Shown here one piece after another: positions 29,344 to 42,036 of a stretch of 64,000 bases of DNA. Source of the stretch: Daphnia carinata. Lineage: Eukaryota. Within the stretch, counting starts at the first letter, position 1. Every line of letters begins with the position of its first letter. Location: the NCBI RefSeq assembly GCF_022539665.2, contig NC_081332.1, forward strand, positions 4,402,001 through 4,466,000, written 5' to 3'. The translations under genes and the position numbers were made by a program. A model generated the notes under the pieces. The model was not told the origin of the DNA. It saw only the letters and a list, made by a program, of their open reading frames with translations, and did no database searches.

Positions 29344-32132
29344 ATGGATTTGGAATCTAGAACTCCTCAGGGTGAGGGAAAGTCTGATAGGAGTATTGTG
29401 GAAAGAGTTTGGAATGCAGTGCAAAATATTTCCAAAAGGCATCAGTTTAAACTTATCGTACTCTTACGCATTTTCGTAGCAATTTCTTACAATTGCTATT
29501 TTGCGGCGGCAGTCTACCACGCCCGTGTTGAGCGACTTGACATCGATTGGTGTGATGGTGTGGGCATGCTGATTATTCTCACCGTCATTGTCTATTGCGG
29601 GCTTTTCTATTACAAAATTTTCAAACCTCTCTGGGGCGATTGCGCATACACGAGAGTGATCCTTCCCCTAACCGTTTTCTTGGAACGATGCTGGAGTTAT
29701 CGGTAAGCTAACACATTAGTTATTGATCGGCGAGAGGGGTGCTTAAGAACTCAAATGCCTATTTGCATACAACCAATAGGGTTGGGTTAAAAATGGCCAC
29801 CAGAGTGCGCAGAATCGTCTAGATTTCTCATTGCAACTGCGCAGGCTCACGTCGAATGCTTTTTCTTAATTCGACTAGTGAAAATACCTAATCACCCAGT
29901 TCATGCAATAATAATGTATGTTGGTTACTTACGTTTTGCTATTTCCGATATGACCAGAAGCTTGTTGATTTGTTCCCCAAGGTTATGTAATCCATGGAAC
30001 TCCTAACAAGTTGAAGAACACTAAGTTAATACGACCAATAACCCGAATCAAATTTAACCAGCAGCTCATGCAGCAAATTTAGCACATAAAATTAACCATA
30101 TCTAGAAATTACGAAAGAAGTGTCGATTTTAAACAATGAGGAGAAAAGTTAACAGTTGATAAACTGACTAACAGATGGCTCTGCAAACAAAACTGTAAGA
30201 ATTATCTTATTTTAATTCATGCCCAAGATATGTGCGCGGCCTTCTGATCCTTGGAGGGGCGATCGGTTTCATTGTGGGAATAGTATTTGACACGGAAGGT
30301 GACAGAGATAGATTATACTCACTCATTGGTTTGGCCGTCTTCCTCCTCTTTGGGTGGATCTTCTCTAAACATCCAGCAAAAGTAGGCAGTTCTCCCTAAT
30401 TCGAAAACAAGATCATGTTGACTCTAAAATAATTTTGCAGATAAAATGGACACAAGTGATATGGGGGACAGTCTTACAATTTCTCTTCGGGTTAACCGTC
30501 TTACGTTGGGATACCGGCCAAAAGGTTTTTGCCTGCATGGGTGATCGCGTTTCCACTTTCTTAAAATACACCGATGCAGGCTCTGGATTAGTTTACGGCC
30601 ATCTAGTCACCGACCAAAACCAATCTGGAATTGCGCTCGGCACCATCTTTGCTTTTAAAGTACAACAAATAAATTATACCTAATAGATTTTGAATAATAT
30701 TACGGATACTTTGTAAGGCATTGTCAGTCATTTTCTTATTCAGCTTCATGGTCAGCATCCTGTACTATTACGGGGTGATGCAGTTTATCGTGCAGAAAGT
30801 CGGATGGATTCTTCAGGTGTCTCTGGGAACCACTGCGACTGAATCAATCAACTGCGCTGCCAACATTTTCCTCGGTCAGGTAATAAACAAAAAATCATTC
30901 AGTTGGGTACCTTTTTCCATTTCATGCATTATGAAAAGACCGAAGCTCCTTTGGCCATTCAGCCACTCTTACCACTGCTGACGAAATCAGAACTGCATGC
31001 AGTCATGACAAGCGGCTTCGCCACTATTTCTGGTTGACATATAATAAAAAAATTGATAAGTGAATGTTTTAGCCCAACCTAAAATAAACATCTCTTACGT
31101 TTTGAAGGATCGGTATTGTCTGCATACATCAGCTTTGGAATAAGTGCTTCACACTTGCTGAGTGCGTCAGTGATGTCCGCTCCAGCCGCTTTAGCATTCG
31201 CGAAATTGTTTTATCCGGAGTCCGAGGAATCGCAGACAAAGGCCGAAGACATTAAAGTTCCTAAAGGGTTTAAAGATCGATGCCTAAAATGACCTTTAAT
31301 CTAACAGAATAATAAAAGATCATTGAACTCTTCCGTCTCTTTGTAAACAGGAAAGAAGCCAACGTATTAGATGCTGCATCACAAGGGGCGTCTAACGCAG
31401 TCTTCATGGTTATCAACATATGCGCCAATCTGATCGCGTTTCTAGCCTTTATTGCTTTTCTGAATGGAATTGTTTCATGGATGGGTGGACTTCTTGGAGC
31501 ACCTTACATAACATTTGAAGTAAGTTAACCTTATACAAGTACCTTTTTAATAGCTGTTCTTAGACGTACAGAATGCCTTGTTTTGCAAGTATCTGGTGGG
31601 AAAATGCTTTATCCCACTAGCATGGGTTATGGGTGTTCCTGCAAAAGAATGTGATCAAATAGGACACGTGGTAGCACTCAAAACGATCGTCAATGAATTT
31701 GTTGCCTACCGAAAACTATCCGAATACATGGCTCAAGGACTCGTTTCGGTGAAATTCTCATACCTGTTCTTTCATCACTTTTTCAGTCTGTTGGATTAAA
31801 TTAATTCTTCCAATAGAAACGATCCGAGACTATTGCCACCTACGCCCTATGCGGGTTTTCAAATCCGGGGTCCATTGGTATCCAGATAGCTGCCTTAGGG
31901 TCAATGGCTCCATCCAGACAACCTGACTTGGCCCAAGTCGCTTTCAGGGCTTTCATTTCAGGAAGCATAGCTTGTTTCATGACCGCCTGTGTTGCTGGTA
32001 AATATTGTAAATCATAGCAAACAATCAATATTTATGCAACTTGCCACATATTTGCTATTTTTTTAAAGTTAACGATGCTGCTAAAGCACATCTATTTTTC
32101 TAGGGGCGTTGATACCATCCTCGTCGTTATAG
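29344..32132 (+). CDS. Concentrative nucleoside transporter (SLC28/CNT) paralog 1
   Basis: Spliced exons give the CNT motifs [62 protein letters not shown] and [11 protein letters not shown]. Last exon 32104-32132 ends in TAG. Start codon tentative. Confidence 0.93.
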
Positions 32133-32401
32133 ATCTCCTATGGTACAAAATGGAAGACTGATTAAATAGCTTAAAATATAATCATGCTTGAGATAGTAAC
32201 ACCTTAAATTTCCTACATTTATCATCGAGTTCAGAGTGCACACAATAAGTGACTAACTTTACGTAAACTACAAGTGAGGAGTTCACCAAAGAATTTTAAA
32301 CTCTATTTAACTGTTACAGGAATTATTCAAAAGTAAGAATTTCGTTAAAAACTATTCTGAATCGAACAAATAAGATATACTGAGCGGGTTTACGATACGC
32401 A

Positions 32402-33783
32402 TCACTTTTTCGTTGAGGGCGATGTGAAAAATCGCAAAACTTTCCTAATTAAAAACAATTATCAGAGGCGAGACCATGCAAGACATGCTATAATGGCTTA
32501 CTTGTCCGACGAGGTTATTTCTCGACGTTTATCTCCTATTTCGGGATTCTGTGGATTACAACATGTCGGCATGGAGACTACGCAATCCATATGACAAATC
32601 AAGCCACAATCTATGCACCTCACTGCAGATTTGCCAAATTTGATCCTACCGGGGAAAAAGAACGTTAATTTACCACTGCGACTGCCTTAACACGAAAAAA
32701 ATTTCAAGTGAACGGGATAGTACCGAAGACCACATGGGTTGCAGTTCTCTGTTTTGTTGACGATAACCTGCCGTTTCATTTGATGCTCTTTAATGACTTT
32801 CATATTATGAAATTCATCACTATTTGATCCTGGATTGCTTTCGATCATTGTACTGGCCACAGTTGTACCCGTTTGTATAGAAAACGAAACTGTAGTAGTT
32901 GCCACAATGCATTGCTTGTGTTCACCAATTGTTGTTATAGGCTAAATAATAAGCAGATACAAAATAATTGAGGTAAAAAAATCTATAATTCCCACTAGTA
33001 CGGAACGACGGTTTACTTACGCCGACGTTCTTTGCGTGTTTTGAAGTCTGTTGTTCAGAAGTAGGAATATTGCTTGGCACCAATTCTGAGAATTTTTTAT
33101 TCGAGCACTTGAGCTCTCTATGGGATCTTACTATACCGGACAGTTCAAGGTCGCTCTCAGTTTGCCCACTGCTGGATTTATCGCTTAAACCCATTAACGA
33201 ATCAATTTCAGCGCTATTTACTTCAGTTATGGTATCCATCTTGTCTATGGGACGGGCAGCAGCGTTGGTCATCAAATGCGGATAGCGACCCACACTGAGA
33301 CTGTGCAGTTTTTCTCTGAACTCATCTTTCAAATCACTTTCACTGGATAGGCAGTCACGAATCAAGTCAAACTGGCTATGCTGTATAAAAAATATCATAC
33401 AATTTAAACATTTAGCTTTGTATAATTTAACTTACACATTCTCGAATATCCTCTTGAATAGCAGTTCTTACTTTGACTTCATCTTTCAACAACATAGTAA
33501 CATGATGGTTAAGCAATTCCAATTTTGAAGTCAACTTTTGTGCTTCATTAATTTTGCTGTGCATAATTTGCACATTCCTTTCAGCTTCTAGCCACATATT
33601 TCGGCATTCATCTTGCCCAAGAGCAAATTCCAAAAACTCTATTTCCAAATAATGAGTGAAATTAATAAGCAAAATTTTTCTCTCATGTCCAACATTACCA
33701 TTATCACATCCGTGAAGATCAAAATCTCTCATGCAGGCATCATCAAACTGGGCTAGTAATGACATATTACTATTGTTCTCCAT
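32402..33783 (-). CDS. RacGAP1/CYK-4/tumbleweed-like protein lacking the RhoGAP domain (about 350 aa)
   Basis: Phase-consistent exons 33783-33699, 33638-33436, 33380-33021, 32941-32724, 32645-32502, 32444-32402 (1053 nt, no internal stop). Contains SLLAQFDD, a coiled coil (WLEAE...LLKDEVKVR), IVATTTV, a C1 domain (H...ENCNPCGLRIKFGKSAVRCIDCGLICHMDC...C) and ends RFFTSPSTKK*. Confidence 0.8.
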
Positions 33784-33921
33784 GGTAAAGCCTAAATTAA
33801 ATAAAAAAGAAAAGTTTTAAAAAGCTGAACTAATGAAAATGACTGATTACAATTGTAAAAACTGCGAGGCCAAAAGCAATACTGACTAATGTTCGTCTGA
33901 CTACAACCTCATGCAACAAAA

Positions 33922-33930
33922 GGCGGGAAA
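33922..33930. promoter_or_regulatory. Canonical E2F-type site (TTTCCCGCC on the minus strand) in the spacer between the divergent RacGAP paralogs
   Basis: GGCGGGAAA about 140 bp upstream of the minus-strand ATG. A CHR-like TTTGAA lies at 34238-34243. Confidence 0.4.
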
Positions 33931-34739
33931 AATTTTTCATGTGGTTTCATTGCTTTGTAATTTTAACTTGTATATGGCTATAATCATCTAAAGATTTATA
34001 AAAATACGGTAATCTTGCATATGGATACAAAACCTGTTAAACCGAAGAATACAAATGACGTTGCGTCCAAATCAACTAGAAAACTTTTCACAAGCTTAGA
34101 AATTTAGCTAAGTATGTGGAACGATCTCACTCGCAACCAGTAGGGAAAGGGTCACATTCGAGTATGCACACGTGTGCACCCTTGTTTGGTGCCTTCTCTT
34201 TTCCCCCAAGGGACCAAAATAACATGGAGGCCAACTATTTGAAATTAAATGCGGTTTTGTATTTTAAAGTAATTTTGCTACAAAGATAAACTTATTAAAT
34301 CACATTTATTTTTTTTCAATGTTTTATTTATAAACAACTGCATAATTTGCACCAGTATAAATGGCATTCAGCATTAGGGGGTAGGGTCACCAACTGTGAG
34401 TCATCTTTCAGTTGATAGCAGACAGTAGGAGAGGCAGAAAGTCAGGTTGAAAGTGTGGAGGCGTGTAATAGTAAGTTAATTCAAAAGCAAACCCCATCAT
34501 ATTTAATTTCATTTCTAACAACCGTAGCTTCCAATTTCCTTGGAGAGAAGCTTTCGTTGCTTCGTCATTGCAACAATTAATTGTTCGTGAAAATTTTCTT
34601 CCATTTTGGTCATTTTTGTCGTGATCAGCTCTCGAAGGGCTTTTGACTTTATTTCATGCCAATTGTAACTGATAGATATTTATTTTTTTCCAATACAGAC
34701 TAGCGTGGAAAAAGAGGGTTCTCATAACCCGGCAGTCAA

Positions 34740-37055
34740 ATGGATAGCTCAACCCAAATTACTATGCTTGCTAGACAATTTGATGACCTATGCAAGGGTT
34801 TCACTAATCTCATTGAAGGTTATTATAAATTTCAAGTAACTATGTTTGGTTGAAGTAACTGATATTTTATATATCATTGTATTTTTATTTTTTAGATTTT
34901 AGAAGATATGCTCTGAATCAAGAAAACTGTCAAATAAAATGGCTTGAGGCTGAGGATGAAGTAAGACACTTAAAGAACCAACTAAGTGATGCCAACCAGA
35001 TGAACTCCAAGTTGCAAGCTCAGTATCATCAAACAACTGCCTTGTTAAAAAATGAAGTTAAAGTGCGCACACATCTTCAAGAGGAAAAGAAAACTCTGGT
35101 AAATTATTAGTCTATATGCTTAAAAGACGGGACTGTGGCAGTAACTTTAATTATATCAATAGGAAAAGAAACTTAAATCATCAAAAGAAAGGAATCATTC
35201 AACAGAAAAAAATGAAAACAGCAATGAACCCACTAAGAAGAATCGTCATTCGATGCCAGGGATATGTCCATCCCGAGACTGGTTATGCAACGAAACTGAT
35301 TCGAACAGCGTGGGGACACCATCTGTTATTTCTGAAATTTCAAATGAAGGCACAACTCGCGGAAATGAGCTGCCAACATCCAGTGCTCGATCAAGTCGGG
35401 CTTCCAGTCGTGGGAGCCGTCCTTCCAATATGGATTCCTTCATCACCAGCGACGGAGGTTTCAAACGGCGCTCTCGACGTGATGTAAGCAGATTAAGAAT
35501 ACAGATTATACTTAATAATGATTCCTGTTTTGTTTGTTAGGGGATACTTGATAATTCATGCAGCGAACGTCTGATCGCCACGACGACAGTTTCAATACCC
35601 ATTAAAGGAGGTCCCATCACAGCAACGTCTGTAATCGAAACAAGTCCAGAAACAAATCAAATGACTGAAGAAATAAATACTTCTTTTGGTAAAAAACGAA
35701 GAGTGCGCATCGACAGTATTCAGCAGTTGGAAAACGAGCCTGATGTCGCCCCAAGTGCACCTTCTCAAAGTATGGTCAACTTGTAAGAAATCATTCTTGA
35801 AAGTACATTGTTTGTCATGTTTCTCTTTTGTAGGTTTGTTAGAACCACCTAAAAATAGGTTTATAATGAATGAAACCTCTCCTACAGTAAATGGAAGAAG
35901 GAGTACCAGTGTACCTGCAACGGCCCGCCTTTCTGAAGGCCAGGGGCCAGCTTATCTGCGACCCATGGCTTCTGGGGGACGGCTTTCTCTTAACCAACGC
36001 CGCCATAATTTTAGTCAAAAAACGATTATTAAATCAGAAAATTGTCTACCCTGTGGAAACAGGTCAGTCTTCATGGAAGAGCTTTCTTAATCTAAACTGA
36101 TACCTAACAGTTTAATGGCCTTCGATCTGAAATAGAATCAAGTTTGGGAAGCTGGCTTTCAAGTGCTCCGATTGCCGGGCTACCTGTCACGTGGAATGCA
36201 AGACTCGCATGCCTCAAATTTGTGTTCCTACAACACAGGCCTCCATCAGCAGAGGACTTTCCGGAACCTTGGCTGACTTTGCTCCGCTGACGGTACCGAT
36301 GATCCCAAGTTTGATTGTTCATTGCGTTAATGAAGTCGAGCGGCGAGGAATGAAAGAAGTAGCAATCTATCGGGTGAATGGTTCCGAAAAAGAGATAACC
36401 GATTTAAAGGTCTGTCCCTTATTTTCTTTTCCATTGTAAGTTCTCATGAGATTACAACTGTTTTATTTCCCTATACAGGATGAAATGGTGCGAGGCAAGA
36501 TGCAACCCCAAAGGCTAGCGCAGATCAATATCCACGTCATTACTGGAGCATTGAAGCTATTTTTACGGACACTCAAAGAACCCCTCATCACTTTCACGCT
36601 GTGGAAAAGCTTTGTTGGCATTTGTGATCTCACTGAAGAGATGGATATTCAGACAGCATTATACGCCATGATTCCAGAGCTTCCACGTCCCAACAGAGAC
36701 ACACTTGCCTTTTTGATTCTTCATCTTCAAAAGTTAGCCAACATTTATGTTCGAAACGTTATGCTAATCTTCTAGCATATGATTATTTATTTTCAGGGTT
36801 GCTGATACTCCCGAATGCAAAATGCTGACATCCAGTCTAGCTAGGGTGTTTGGCCCAATTATTATAGGCCACTCCCGTCCTAATCCGGACGTCGAGTTGA
36901 CTCTAAAGGAGACAAAAAAACAAGCTTGCGTAATGAAGTCATAGAAACCTACGACTAACAATCCTATTTAATCCTTTTAATCTTGGATCTAGACTATGGA
37001 GAAACTGTTGCAAATTCCGAGTGATTACTGGTGCCGCTTTATCGTGGACCATTAA
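34740..37055 (+). CDS. RACGAP1: RacGAP1/CYK-4/tumbleweed-like protein with coiled coil, C1 and RhoGAP domains (about 594 aa), no C-terminal tail
   Basis: Exons 34740-34818, 34896-35098, 35163-35483, 35541-35769, 35834-36062, 36136-36409, 36479-36732, 36797-36929, 36993-37055. Motifs: RQFDDL, IATTTVSIPIKGGPITATSVIE, C1 ([33 protein letters not shown]), PMIPSLIVHCVNEVERRG..IYRVNG, LKLFLRTLKEPL, NRDTLAFLILHLQKV, LARVFGP. Confidence 0.9.
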
Positions 37056-38897
37056 TATACTTGTCGCTGTTCCAACTGGTTCAAGACGTTTTCTTACGTT
37101 GCACTTGGATAAGTGTGCAGACTACACAAGTATTGTAAAAGGTAACTGCATGCTTAGAACTTTGTTATTACTATCGTTTATATTGCATTGAAGTTTCCCC
37201 TTCCCTGTTTTACAATCAAGTTAGAACTTCGAACTAAAATGTGACTAGACTTCACTAACCGTTTAGTTACTTGACTAAAACCTTTTTTTTTTTTTTACTG
37301 AAAAAATTCACATTGACGAATGATTGGTGTAAACCCACAGACAGTGTACGTTTGCATTATGCCTACAATTAAACAATGCATGACTGTTAACGTCGCAAAT
37401 TGCTTTATGGCTCATCTAGCAAAAACTAGTTCAGTTCCACACCGTTTAACTAATCTGATGCATGCTCGAACTGCATGGGCTTTATAATTTTTTTCTTAGG
37501 TTCTTGATGGCTATGGCTTTTCTTCTCGAATTCTAACCATTTTTTTTTTTTTTTTGCATTCAAAATGTTTCTTTAGTTAAGCAAAAACATTTCTGAATGT
37601 GGACAGTATCTGGCTCTCACAAGATACGTTTGTCTCATTCTTGATAACGATCCTTTTTATTTTTTGTTTTTACATCGGATTTCTTGAAAAGGAATAGTAC
37701 TTTAGAGATAGCGTGCCCATAAGCTATGGGCGAGAGGTCGTCGAATGCCATTCTATGCTCTTTAATGTTGGCTTGCTTAGCCGGAAGGCACAGCGGTTTT
37801 CAACCGACGACTACCATATTAGTCCGCCAAGGGGAATTCCGTTACTTGCATGAGGGGGAAAATTTGTTCAGTTGCTGACGTAAATGCGTAATATCAACAT
37901 TGTGCTTTCGTGTGCTATTCAATAGTCTGATGACAGAACGTAGTGGAAGAACATCCGGCTCTTTAAAAAACTCTTCATTATTTTCCCGGTCCCGGCGGAT
38001 ACTGACGAGGATACAGCCACCGCTACTGAACCAGTCTAACAAAAGGTAATGAAAACACAACACTTTATATTCTTGACTGTGCTTTCGATTGCCGGGAGGG
38101 AAGTGTCCTGTAATTTTGAATTCTGCTCTGGGTTCACGCAAATTCATGTTGTTTACGCTTTTAGACGGCATGAAACGTTGAAGCCCATGTGGGGGAAAAA
38201 CACATGGGAAAAATCTAGTATACGTGTTAGCTTGTAGTATTATGTGTGAGAACAGAAAATCCCATCGCTTTCTCCTTTTTAACCTTGAGCCACGTTTCTA
38301 CGCCTACTGGTTTACGCAATTGTGTACACCTGGGAGAAAATCTCTGTTTACCTTCGTAGTCTATGCTTGGGTTCCAACATTCTTGTATGAGGGTGTTTTC
38401 AAGTCCAGCGAAAACGGGTTTTAACCGCCTAAAAGCCTAGGATCCAGCCCTAGGTTCAAATTAACACTTGATAAGTAAAGTCCAAGAGGCTGTAAAAGTT
38501 AGAAGTGATAGCGGTGCATGAAATGAGTGTTTCACGATGCTACAAATCGCCATGCCTAAATGTTTAGAACAAAAATGAGTTTTAAGTTGTCGTCTGTTGT
38601 ACAATAGAAATTTATGGATAGCGATGGATATAGAAATTAATCCGGGAAAACAATGGGCTGTAGAGTTATATCAGTGGAATTTCTTATTTAAATTCATTAT
38701 TTATTCATATTTTTGCAAAATATGCTAACTTCAATACCACCCACTTTTGCAGTTCTATAGATAAGATTGTTGGGACACTTGTTACTGTACTATAAATGGC
38801 TATGACAAATCCGTGATAATGCAATTTAAAAATGTCTTGTCAACATCTGTTAACTTTCCTTTATTCATTTACTTCGATTTTTCAGTTGAGAATCTTC

Positions 38898-41398
38898 ATG
38901 GAACTGGGAAAAGTAAACGTCGGACTAGAGATTGATGAAGAACAAAGCCTTCCACTCGATTCACATGAATCAAATTACGGCACGCTACACATACCACATT
39001 TGACTATTCACCGTGATGACGACCACGCCAGTCTTTCGCGAAAAAAGGAAAAACCGAAGATTGTCATACCCGAAGAAACTGATGAAGAGGTTGATCAATC
39101 GTGCACCTTCATCGGAAACGCATTGGAAAAATTTTGGATCTACTTGAACGATTTTGCCACGAGAAGAGAGCAGTTGGTTCGCGGGTTAATCTACGTGATA
39201 TTGGCCATTCTTTACAACGCATACTTTGTAGCCAGCGTCTATTATTCGATTAAAAATGGCATACCGATGGATTGGTGCGGAGGTGTTGGTTTGCTAATCA
39301 TACTCACCGTCATCAGCTACGTGGGTCTCTTTTATTTTCAAATTGTCAAGAAATTCTGGGGCGAATCCATCGATCAAAAGGTTTTGCAACCCATTGATAG
39401 GTCGTTTGATCGCGTTTGGAAATACCGGTCAGCTTATCCTTTTTTTTTGTCTAAACTTTTTTAATGAGTGATAACAACATGTTTGATTTTAATTAAATTT
39501 AGGCTGGTCCAGTATGGAATTTACGTAGCAATAATAGCTGCATTGATTGTGTTCCTTGTTATTGATACGGCTGACGATCGATATCGACTCATCTCGTTTC
39601 TTGGTTTAATTATTTTCCTGCTTCTCGGTTGGATCTTTTCTAAACATCCGTCCAAAGTAAGTTCTGCATAATATTACTCCCATTGATAACGTGCATTGTG
39701 TTACCTGTTGACAGGTGAAATGGAGACATGTGACCTGGGGCGTGGCGCTTCAGTTCATTTTTGGTTTGATTGTGTTACGATGGGATTTTGGTCGCCAGGT
39801 CATTCAATGTCTAGGCGATAAAATCACCGTGTTCCTGGATTATTCCAATGCCGGATCAGGCTTTGTCTATGGCTATTTAGTAACCGACAGCAATATGGCG
39901 GGGATCACGCTAGGAACGGTCTTTGCCTTTCGAGTAATTTTTAAAAAGAAAAAGGAAATAGTATGGCATTCAAAACATTAATTTTTTTTTACAGATACTC
40001 TCTGTAATCTTCTTCTTTAGCTTCTTCGTCAGTATTCTCTACTACTACGGGATCATGCAGTGGGTGGTCCAGAAAATCGGATGGCTTTTGCAGATCTCTA
40101 TCGGAACAACAGCCGCTGAGTCCATGAATGCTGCTGGAAACATTTTTCTAGGTCAGGTAAATAAATCGGTGAATTTTAAAATAACTCTGTAATTATTAAA
40201 TTTGAATTTTCATTTAGACGGAAGCTCCATTGTTAATCAGGCCGCTTCTTCCTCAAATGACAAAATCTGAACTTCATGCCGTCATGACGGGCGGATTCGC
40301 TACCATAGCAGGTAGTTGTTAAATTGCAATAATTGTTTGTTTCTTCACTGAATTCAAACATAATTATAGGTGGAGTTCTCGCTGCATTTATTAGTTTCGG
40401 AATCAGCGCTTCCCATTTATTGTCGGCTTCCGTGATGTCTGCACCAGCCGCTTTGGCTTTTTCCAAACTGTTCTATCCTGAGTCGGAAAAATCGCAAACT
40501 AAAGCCGGAGATGTAAAAATCCCCAAAGGGTAAATCCATATTCTTTATCATCTAAAAAAACAAAAATCTTATCGCTAATTTGTACCTACAGAACAGAGGC
40601 CAACGCCCTTGATGCAGCAGCGCAGGGAGCTGCAAACGCAGTCTTTTTAGTACTTAATATCATAGGCAATCTTATAGCATTTTTAGCTTTTATCGCCTTC
40701 CTTAATGGAATCATATCTTGGTTCGGTGGTCTCCTCGGTGCTCCATACGTTACCTTTGAGGTAAAAATATTGTCTTAAATTCTTGATGAACACGATGAAT
40801 TAATCACAATGATTTTCGTAGTACATAATGGGTAAAATCTTCATTCCTGTCGCCTGGTTGATGGGCGTTCCAGCAGCCGAATGTGATCTAGTCGCCAATC
40901 TTGTGGCACTCAAGACGATCGTAAATGAGTTTGCGGCATACAGCAAGTTATCCGAGTATATAGCGCAAGGAATCATATCGGTAATATTATTGGAAAATAG
41001 AATAGATCAATTTAGAATATTTGTTTGGCTTCGTGGTTCATAGAAAAGAGCCGAAACAATCTCCACGTATGCATTGTGTGGCTTCTCCAATCCTGGATCG
41101 ATTGGAACACAGATTGCCGCATTGTCTACCATGGCTCCCGATCGACAGTCTGATCTGGCACAAGTTGCTTTCAGAGCTTTTGTAGCCGGTAGCGCTGCTT
41201 GTTTCATGACTGCCTGTATTGCAGGTAATTCTTTTTATTATAACGTTTTGCAGTTATAAATTCGCTATCAATTTGAATGCGTCATGTTTTCTTGTGGAAA
41301 TAGGTACACTAATATCTTCTCCTTCAGACATTCCAGCAACAACTGCCTTCCCACCTTCCACCTTTTCATTTACACCCAACATGACGGCCCTATTGTGA
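38898..41398 (+). CDS. Concentrative nucleoside transporter (SLC28/CNT) paralog 2
   Basis: Same exon architecture and motifs as paralog 1 ([41 protein letters not shown]). ATG at 38898 follows an acceptor at 38885. Last exon 41304-41398. Confidence 0.95.
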
Positions 41399-42036
41399 TG
41401 ATTATTGGTTGTTTCCTTTTGGACAACGATCTATAGATCATGGTTGTATCTGATTTTGACGAAGGATTCGTAGTGTTAATTGCTCCACTAACGAAAGCCT
41501 TATCGACATTCATAATTAGCGTTGTCAACTGAGCAATCTGTATATGATATACAAGCTTTATTGATACAATATGATCATTCTTGTGTATCGTGCGAAACGA
41601 CAGTAAGCAAATCGATACAAGAATTTAATATGGAAATGTCAGTGAAAGGACATCAAAATGATTTTGCTTATGGATGCCACTCATTTAATTCCATGACATG
41701 GAATGAATGGTCATCAAATATTCTGATCTTCATCTGACGTCTTATTGTCATCAATGGTATTATCCCACAGAAGCTAGTGCCTTAAACTTCGAATTAACTT
41801 CGAATGTAATTTTATTTTTCAGGTAAGCAATTTAAAATTAACTAACAACAATAATAAAATCTGTTTACAAGTGAAATTTATTCATTTTTAGGATTTTAAT
41901 TAGTGCGCTTCCAACATTTCACAGATCAATCTATCAAATTATGCATTTTAAAATGAAAATTTAGGCAGCCGAATCGTTACAGGAGGGAATCGTCGTGTTA
42001 GGTTCTTGTCGTGAAAATGACGTTCTTTTACTTTAT

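Noticed and set aside
32402..33783. Calling the GAP-less RacGAP copy a pseudogene
   Set aside because: All six exons splice in frame with canonical sites and no stops despite deep divergence from its neighbour, which argues for selection.
37715..37815. Hairpins (GCCCATA-AGC-TATGGGC; GTCGTCG...CGACGAC) as an ncRNA or transposon end
   Set aside because: The stems are short, and I could not identify snoRNA boxes, a tRNA cloverleaf, terminal repeats or target-site duplications.
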